Shown here piece by piece: positions 49,301 to 64,000 of a stretch of 64,000 nucleotides of DNA (position 1 is its first letter; each line of letters starts with the position of its first letter). This DNA comes from the human T2T-CHM13v2.0 reference genome, Homo sapiens, in NCBI RefSeq assembly GCF_009914755.1, contig NC_060939.1. The stretch is one strand, 5' to 3'. Made by a program: the position numbers and the translations under genes. The notes below the pieces were generated by a model. It was not told where the DNA came from. It saw nothing but the letters and a program-made list of their open reading frames with translations, and searched no databases.

Positions 49301-50489
49301 CAAACTGGTTTCCCAACAGGTCCTCAGTCCCACTCCGAGGGCTGCTGGCCATGACCTAGGGCTCACCCAGTTCTGCACAGAAGGAGGAAGGTCATACCCC
49401 TTGGATCCAGCCAACCCCAACAAGAACCATCCACTTCTAGGGACTCCATTCTCCAGCCTCACCTGCCTGTCTGTTGCCCAACAAGGTCCTCACAATCCTA
49501 CTTCCGTTCCTTTGCTAATGCTGTTCCCATCTCCAGAATGACAGTGCTGTCCTGGGGAGAGAGGCTTAGAGAGCCCAAGGCACAGCTCCTCCATTGTGCA
49601 TATGAGCAAGTTGAGGCTCCAAGAGGGCCAACCCTTACCTAGGGTGGAGCCAGGGGTAAGACACCCATCACCCTTCTTGCCTCCTGACCCAAGGCCTGGG
49701 TTTTCCCTGCAGGACCCTGACTGGGTGGAGGGTTAGCCAGGGTGACTTAGGGATGCAATGCAGACAGCTTGGTAAAATAGTCATTCTCAGACTTGGGCTC
49801 TGGAGCAAAATATTACCCCTAGCCTCTGAGCTGCTCCAGCCACTTCCCATTCTGCCTTTCTGGGGTTGAACCTGGAAGAACCTAGAGTAGACCCTTTCTG
49901 TGACAGCCCCTTGCCCTAGGAAGGCCTGAAGCAGACCAGTCTAATCACCTCATTTTACAGGGGCAGGCTGAGGCCCAGGCCTCTCTGGCGCCCACAAGAT
50001 ACATTCGTCCTGCTCACCTGGCATTCAGAATCCTTTGCCAAGAGAAGCACCCACATTTCCTGCTCCACCCACAGCCTATCCTCCTCCTTTTCCCAGACTA
50101 TTGGTCTTTGCTCACACTGTTCCTCTGCCACAAATGCCCTTTCATGCCTTTCCCCCTCTTCTACGTGGGATGAATTTTAAAAATTAGTTGGGCGTGGTGG
50201 TGTTTGCCTGTAGTCCTAGCCTCTTGGGAGGCTGAGATGGGAGGATTGCTTGAGCCAGGAGTTTGAGGCCATGGTAAGCTGTGATCATGCGACTGCACTC
50301 CAGCCTGTGGGACACAGCAAGACCCTGTCTCCAAAAAAAAAAAAAAAAGACAACAACAAGTATGACACACAGTTTATATGCCACTTCCCTAAGAAGTCTT
50401 CCAGAGCTTCCCCCATCCGAGTGGCAGCAAAGTAGAGGGAAGGGGCTGGAGTGCAGTGGCACCATCATGGCGTGAACCTTGAGAACCTC

Positions 50490-51480
50490 ATGCTTTTTGT
50501 CACAATAAGAAAAAAAAACTTTAAAATTACTAAGTTCTCTCTCTCTCTCTTTTTTTTTGAGACCGAGTTTTGCTCTGTCACCCAGGCTGGAGTGCAGTGG
50601 CACGATCTCGGCTCACTGAAAGCTCCGCTTCCTGGGTTCACGCCACATTCTCCTGCCTCAGCCTCCCGAGTAGCTGGGACTACAGGTGCCCGCCACCACA
50701 CCCGGCTAATTTTTTTTTGTAGTTTTAGTAGAGACAGGTTTTCACCATGTTAGCCAGGACAGTCTCGATCTCCTGACCTCGTGATCTGCCCACCTGGGCC
50801 TCCCAAAGTGCTGGGATTACAGGCGTGAGCCACTGCGCCCAGCCTTTTTTTTTTTTTTTTTTTTGACATGGCGTCTTGCTCTGTCATCAGGCTGGAGTGC
50901 AGTGGTGTGACCTCGGCTCACTGAAACCTCTGACTCCCTGGTTCAAGTGATTCTCCTGCATCAGCCTGGCAAGTAGCTGGGATTACAGGCATGTGCCACC
51001 ACGCACAGTTAATTTTTGTATTTTTAGTAGAGATGGGGTTTTACTATGTTGACCAGGATTGTCTCAGTCTCCTCAGCTGAGGTCAGGAGTTCGAGACCAG
51101 CCTGGCCAATATGGTGAAACCCTGTCTCTACCAAAAATACAAAAATTAGCTGGGTGTGGTGGCGCATGCCTGTAATCCCAGCTACTGAGGAGACTGAGGC
51201 AGGAGAATTTATTGAACCCAACTGGCAGAGGTTGCAGTGAGCCAAGATTGCACCACTGCACTCCAACCTGAGCAACAGAGCAAGACTCCGTCTTAAAAAA
51301 ATAGGTCAGGTGCAGTGGCTCATGCCTGTAATCCCAGCACTTTGGGAGGCTGAGGTGGGCAGATCACAATGTCAGGAGTTCGAGACCAGCCTGGCCAACT
51401 TGGTGAAACCCCATCTCTACTAAAATACAAAAACTAGCCAGGTGTGGTGGCGGGTGCCTGTAGTCCCAGCTACTCGGGAG
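50490..51480 (+). repeat. ~1 kb local duplication, copy A (unoccupied site); copy B = 56533-56564 plus 59340-~60310
   Basis: Same order (L1 tail, CT tract, AluY-like(-), Alu(-), Alu(+), Alu(+)) with shared private variants; about 8 substitutions in the first ~320 bp by eye. Confidence 0.93.
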
Positions 51481-52384
51481 GCTGAGGTAAAAGAATGGCA
51501 TGAACCTGGGAAGCGGAGCTTGTGGTGAGCCGAAATTGCGTCACTGCACTCCAGCCTGGGCGAAAGAGCAAAACTCCATCTCAAAAATAAAATAAAATAA
51601 TGTAAAATAAAATAAAATAAAATATACAAAAACTAGCCAGGCTTGTGGTACATGCCTGTAATCATAGCTACTCGGGGGGCTGAAGCAGGAGAATCACTTG
51701 AACCAGGAGGTGGAGGTCACAGTGAACTGAGATCGTGCCACTGCACTCCAGGCTGGGTGAGGGAGTGAGACTCTGTCTCAAAAAAAAAAAAAAAAAAAAA
51801 AAAAAGAAAGAAACAAAAATTAGCTGTGCATGGTGGTGTGTGGCTGTAGTCCCAGATGCTTGGGAGGCTGAGGCAGGAGAATCACTTGAACTAGGAGGCG
51901 GAGGTTGCAGTGAGCAGAGATTGCGCCACTGCACTCCAGCCTGGGAGGCAGAGTGAGACACTGTCTAAAAAAAAGAAAAGTTTCCTGTCCTCTCCAAGCC
52001 CTGACCTTACCTATCACCCCAAATCCCCCAAATGAATCTTCAGGCCTCCTTCTAATGCCTTCCTTCCTCTTATACTACAAACATGCATTCCTTCCTCTTA
52101 TACTACAGAGTCTCCCTCTGTCACCCAGGCTGCAGTGCAATGGCTCAATCTTGGCTCACTGCAACCTCTCCCGGAATCAGGCGATTTTCCTGCCTCAGCC
52201 TCCCAAGTATCTGGGAATACAGGTGCGCACAACCAAGTCTGGCTAATTTTTTTTGTATTTTTAATAGAGACGGGGTTTCACCATGTTGGCCAGGCTGGTC
52301 TCGGAACACCTGACCTTATTATCCACCCACCTCAGTCCCCCAAAGTGCTGGGATTATGGGTGTGACCCACTGTGCCCGGCTGAC

Positions 52385-56561
<4,177 letters not shown>

Positions 56562-56566
56562 CTTAA

Positions 56567-56830
56567 GGGACCGGCTGTGGATGGCCGAGGCGGCAGCTGC
56601 GCGGCGGCACCGGGGCGGCTGCGGCGCGCTCGGAGCCCCGAGGGCACGCGGCCCGGGCAGCTCGGTGTGTGCCCCCACGGGAGCCGGGGCCCCAGGCCCG
56701 CCGGACACCATGAACCACCTGAATGTGCTGGCCAAAGCCCTCTATGACAATGTGGCCGAGTCCCCGGATGAGCTCTCCTTCCGCAAGGGCGACATCATGA
56801 CGGTGCTGGAGCAGGACACGCAGGGCCTGG
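56567..56830. promoter_or_regulatory. CpG-rich patch imported with the BCAR1 5'UTR
   Basis: Dense retained CpGs (gcggcagctgcgcggcggcaccggggcggctgcggcgcgctcgg) in an otherwise CpG-depleted neighbourhood. Confidence 0.5.
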
Positions 56831-57384
56831 ATGGCTGGTGGCTCTGCTCGCTGCACGGGCGCCAGGGCATCATGCCTGGGAACCACCTCAAGATCTTGGT
56901 GGGTATGTATGATAAGAAGCCAGCAGGGCCTGGCCCCGGCCCTCCCGCCACCCCGGCCCAGCCTCAGCCTGGCCTCCATGCCCCAGTGCCTCCGGCCTCC
57001 CAGTACACGCCCATGCTCCCCAACACCTACCAGCCCCAGCCCGACAGCGTCTACCTGGTGCCCACTCCCAGCAAGGCTCAGCAAGGCCTCTACCAAGTCC
57101 CGGGTCCCAGCCCTCAGTTCCAGTCGCCCCCAGCCAAGCAGACATCCACCTTCTCGAAGCAGACGCCCCATCACCCGTTTCCCAGCCCGGCCACAGACCT
57201 GTACCAGGTGTCCCCAGGGCCTGGAGGCCCTGCCCAGGATATTTACCAGGTGCCACCTTCTGCCGGGATGGGGCATGACATCTACCAGGTCCCCTCGTCC
57301 ATGGACACACGCAGCTGGGAGGGCACGAAGCCCCCAGCAAAGGTAAGGCTGTCCTGGCACAGTCGTGCAGCCCCACAGGTATAG
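56710..57384 (+). CDS. Uninterrupted 224-aa ORF of the BCAR1 retrocopy (SH3, Pro-rich linker, first YxxP motifs, 13 read-through residues); expression unknown
   Basis: ATG at 56710 in gacaccATGa context; no stop or frameshift until TAG at 57382-57384; in-frame upstream ATGs at 56533 and 56581. Confidence 0.4.
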   Translation: MNHLNVLAKALYDNVAESPDELSFRKGDIMTVLEQDTQGLDGWWLCSLHGRQGIMPGNHLKILVGMYDKKPAGPGPGPPATPAQPQPGLHAPVPPASQYTPMLPNTYQPQPDSVYLVPTPSKAQQGLYQVPGPSPQFQSPPAKQTSTFSKQTPHHPFPSPATDLYQVSPGPGGPAQDIYQVPPSAGMGHDIYQVPSSMDTRSWEGTKPPAKVRLSWHSRAAPQV

Positions 57385-58404
57385 CCCAGGCCCTGCTTTG
57401 TGGGCACAGAAGGGCCCAGCCACCCTCAGTCACCGGCACTCCAGGAGTGGCTGTGTGTTTGGTCTGGGGTCAAAGTGGCAAGTGAGTGTTTGGGGAGTGT
57501 TCATTTGTCCAGGGAAGATGGATGTGAATGGACCTAGAGGGGAGATGCTCCGCTGGCCTCAGCCAAGCCGACCCGAGTGGTGGTGTCACCACAGGGAGCA
57601 GTCTGTTGAGGCTTTCCAGCGGGCAGGCGGGGCTTGGCACATGGAGTCAGCAGTTGCTGGGCCCCCGCGAGGGAGAGGCCAGCCACTTCATGCTCAGGCT
57701 CCCCTGTGCCATTTGGGTTTAGGTGTCAGCCTGTAGATGGGGTTCCGGCACATATTCTGGCCACCCCTGCCTCCACAGGCCAACCCCTCTCCACTTATGG
57801 GACATGCTAGGGGCCAGCAGGTACGTATGGTGATCTGGATGTGACTCCTGGGAGGACGCTGCCCCTGAGATTGCTAGAGGAGTGCTGCCCTGAGAGCCTC
57901 CTGGGCTCTTGCTGATGGGATGCCGGGCCTGGGGACAAGGCCTCTGGCCTCCAGACCCTGAGCCCGCTCCCCAAGTCCACAGGGTCCCTGCCTCCCAAGC
58001 TCACCTGCCTGTAGGAAGGACTCAGCACTGGACACTCAGCCCAGGGCTGAGGTGGAGACCTCATTGGTGCCAGCTGAGCAGTGAGTCAGCAGGGAGTTAC
58101 CCCCACCCCCACCCATGGGTGGCCTGGTACCCAGGAGACATGGCTGGAGGTCATTGGCAGGTGGGGGACTCCATGGACATGGGCCACCAAGCCTGGCCAC
58201 CAGGGGAACCTGGGTCACTGGCTCACACTTCCTGCTCTACCTGCTCCTTCAGCCATCTGGTCAGAGGCGAGCCTGGTTGGCTTGGGGCTGCCTGGGTGGG
58301 GCTGCTCCCAAACTGGCTTTAGCAAGAGGAGCAGGGTCCTGTTAGCCCCTGGGGAGGCGGCAGGGAGCAGTGTCCTGTGGGGGAGCCTCAGGCCACGGTC
58401 CACG

Positions 58405-58765
58405 TATACCCACACCCCACACAGATGAACACACGTGCATGATACCTGTACCCCACAGATACGAACACCCATGCACTCACCATATGCTGTAACACACACA
58501 TGCGCTACATGAATGTGCATGAATACATGCACATATCTGCATCCCATACCCCATAAATGGACACATGTATATGCCCACACATGCGCACATCATATGTATG
58601 AACACGTGCACACCCAAACCCCATATGTGTAAACACACGTGCATACACACCCCACACACAGACACATGTACGTCCACACATACAAAGCTTGTGCACCCAC
58701 CAGTATCCCACAAACGTACAAATGTATGTGCATATGCACACGCACACACAGTCCACACTGCACAC
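58405..58765. repeat. Degenerate CA-rich low-complexity tract within the retained intron-like segment
   Basis: Imperfect cacacatg/catatg-rich repeats. Confidence 0.8.
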
Positions 58766-59658
58766 GCCCCAAGGTAAGGCACATCCCCTCCCCTCCTCTC
58801 CCGCCTTTGCAGTGAAGCTTGTCCTGGTGCGGCTGGAAGCCCTGTGGGCTGGGGAGCAGCAGCGAGACCCCCAGACAGAGCCTGGCCTCAAGGCTGTGTT
58901 TTGGCAGCTGTTCTGTCTCCCTCTCCGGCAAGGGGCCTGCCCTCAATTGCATCAGGGGCTCAACCAGCTGGGTCCTTCTCTGCCCATGCCCACTGGTAGA
59001 GCTGCCCAGACCTGTGCCTCAAGGGCCCTGACCTGGCTGATGTCCCAGGAAGGAGAGCCCTGCATCCTGGGCCTGGCTGCTCTCCCCCAGGAAACCTCCC
59101 CCAGTCTTGATTGTGTCTGCTTGTATTTTATGATCACAAAAGCAATGCTTGTTTGCTGTAGAAAATGCATAATGTATGGAAAAGTCTGGAGATGAAATTT
59201 TCCAATCGAGGTAATCACTGGGAAATTCTGGCATATTTTGTCTAGCATCTGCCCTGTGTTTCACAGATTTGTACATGTAGTTTTGCATTTCAAAGTTGTA
59301 AATCCAACATTAGATATCAAAAGAAAGGAAAAAAACCTTTAAAATCACTAAGTTCTCTCTCTCTCTTTTTTTTTTGAGACCGAGTTTCGCTCTGTCACCC
59401 AGGCTGGAGTGCAGTGGCATGATCTCGGCTCACTGAAAGCTCCGCCTCCTGGGTTCATGCCACATTCTCCTGCCTCAGCCTCCCGAGTAGCTGGGACTAC
59501 AGGTGCCCGCCACCACACCCGGCTAATTTTTTTTTGTAGTTTTAGTAGAGACAGGTTTTCACCATGTTAGCCAGGACAGTCTCGATCTCCTGACCTCGTG
59601 ATCTGCCCACCTCAGCCTCCCAAAGTGCTGGGATTACAGGCGTGAGCCACCGCGCCCA

Positions 59659-59693
<35 letters not shown>

Positions 59694-59854
59694 ACACGGA
59701 GTCTTGCTCTGTCATCAGGCTGGAGTGCAGTGGTGTGACCTCGGCTCACTGAAACCTCTGACTCCCTGGTTCAAGTGATTCTCCTGCATCAGCCTGGCAA
59801 GTAGCTGGGATTACAGGCATGTGCCACCACGCACAGTTAATTTTTGTATTTTTA

Positions 59855-60133
<279 letters not shown>

Positions 60134-60439
60134 TCAGGTGCAGTGGCTCATGCCTGTAATCCCAGCACTTTGGGAGGCTGAGGTGGGCAGATCACGATGT
60201 CAGGAGTTCAAGACCAGCCTGGCCAACTTGGTGAAACCCTGTCTCTACTAAAATACAAAAACTAGCCAGGTGTGGTGGCGGGTGCCTGTAGTCTCAGCTA
60301 CTCAGGAGGCTGAGGCAGGAGAATTGCTTGAACCTGGGAGACGGAGGTTGCAGTGAGCTGAGATCATGCCATTGCCTCCAGCCTGGGCAATAGAGTGAGA
60401 CTCCATCTCCAAATAAATAAATAAATAAATGAATAAATG

Positions 60440-62745
<2,306 letters not shown>

Positions 62746-63800
62746 CTGGTGCAGTGGCTAGCACCTACAATCCCAGCACTTTGGGAGGCTGAGACAGGTG
62801 GATCACCTGAGGTCAGGAGTTCGAGACCAGCCTGACCACCATGGTGAACGGTGAAACCCCATCTCTACTAAAAATACAAAAAAATTAGCCAGGCGTGGTG
62901 GCAGGTGCCTGTAATTCCAGGTACTCAGGAGGCTGAGGCAGGAGAATGGCTTGAACCTGGGAAGCAGGTGCTTACACCCACCTGCTAACACAGGGAGAGT
63001 CATCATCATAGTCAAGTCTTTCAGTGGTCAGTGTGAGCATTCCGTGAGCATAGCTCATTTCTCAGAGCTGAGAGGGTGGTCCTGACTGGCTTGCTCCCTC
63101 CCAGTGCGCCTCTGTCTCCTCTCCACGCTGCCTGCCTCCCCGGGGCCTGGGCAGCCCCTCCTTCCTGCTGATTTACCTCAGCCCAGCTCCTGCTCGGGGG
63201 GAGCCCTGCAGAGCCCTCACTGGGCACCTCTCTCAGAGGCACTGGGCCCCACAGGTAACTGAGCAGGTGCAGCCATCGCTCAGTACAGCTCCTGGGGACA
63301 GGTCAGGTGGGTTAGGCTGGGGCTCTGGTGAGGTCAGGCCACACCAACCAGGGGAGACAAGAGCTGAGACACCTCACTTCCCATGTCTCTCTTTTCACGT
63401 CTTTTAGGGCCGTCTTCCCCCAGCTGTGTAGCTCAGGAAGAACTCTCAGGATTCATGTGGAGAAAGAGGCTGTGACCACCCCAGAGGCCTCTTCTCCAGT
63501 GAGAAGCAGGGGGACACCCCGGAGTAGCAGGCATTCTAAAGCTGCCCATGAGCCCTGCGACTGGCTCTGTTCCCAGCAGGGAGGTGGAGAGGATGCCACT
63601 CAGAAATCACCTCGGAGCCCCGAGAAGAGGGAGGTCTAGAAGTTGATTTCTTGGGAAAGGGCTGTGAGCTCAAAGATGGGCTTAGGAATATGGAACACAG
63701 AAAAAAATTTGATGTGCAAAAATGAAAAAAATATGACTTTTATTAAATCATAAAACTATGATGAAACAGGTGACATCAGTGGAGCAGCCTGCACCTTTTC

Positions 63801-64000
63801 CATCCAGGCATCGTTGAGTCTAGACACGTGTCCCAATTATAGACCATTCAGGCATCTTTGAGTCTAGACACGGTTCCCAATTATAGGCCATCCAGGCATC
63901 TTTGAGTCTAGACACATGTCCCAAATTATAGACCATCCAGGCATCTTTGAGTCTAGACACGTGTCCCAATTATAGACCATCCAGCCATCTTTGAGTCTAG
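63801..64000 (+). repeat. 44-bp VNTR (4.5 units visible, runs off the window)
   Basis: Consensus catccaggcatctttgagtctagacacgtgtcccaattatagac at 63801, 63845, 63889 (45 bp), 63934 and 63978. Confidence 0.95.

Larger units (their letters stand above)
56565..59324 (+). pseudogene. BCAR1: BCAR1 (p130Cas) semi-processed retrocopy: 5'UTR, exon 1, exon 2 and ~2 kb of retained intron-like sequence
   Basis: Translation MNHLNVLAKALYDNVAESPDELSFRKGD...KPPAK matches BCAR1 residues 1-211 as I recall them; GC-rich 5'UTR; AAG|GTAAGG donor at 57342/57343; flanked by imperfect 15-bp direct repeats at 56550-56564 and 59325-59339. The symbol denotes the parent gene. Confidence 0.93.

Noticed and set aside
56710-57342. 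The genuine BCAR1 gene
   Set aside because: Intron 1 is absent, no downstream BCAR1 exons appear, the segment is bounded by TSDs, and an empty site exists at 50507-50521.
56563-57439. Antisense 286-aa and 183-aa ORFs over the BCAR1 copy
   Set aside because: Shadow ORFs typical of GC-rich coding sequence, with no independent support.

Overview
Primate (human or great-ape-like) repeat-dominated DNA with the architecture of a pericentromeric segmental-duplication mosaic; there is no intact multi-exon gene. Left to right: (1) 1-8.7 kb, a patchwork of small tandem, direct and inverted duplications, AT-rich minisatellites and Alus; (2) 8.73-30.79 kb, a ~22 kb strand-asymmetric (GCCA/GCCAA)n satellite with nested kilobase-scale higher-order duplications, which accounts for the long PASQ-rich and WLAG-rich ORFs; (3) 30.8-32.5 kb, a tandem array of identically 5'-truncated Alus; (4) 32.5-63 kb, an Alu/MIR/L2/MaLR/L1-dense block holding a 7SL pseudogene and a BCAR1 (p130Cas) retrocopy; (5) beyond a truncated Alu at ~62.97 kb, Alu-free sequence ending in a 44-bp VNTR. 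The BCAR1 copy is semi-processed: exon 1 is spliced to exon 2, intron-like sequence is retained after the exon 2 donor, and a 224-codon SH3+YxxP ORF is still open. An unoccupied copy of its insertion site lies 6 kb upstream in a ~1 kb local duplication. From memory only, a BCAR1 pseudogene ~22 kb from an RN7SL pseudogene fits human 15q11 (BCAR1P1/BCAR1P2 region); this is not verified. I see no evidence of a novel enzymatic or gene system; the interesting signals are structural and evolutionary.
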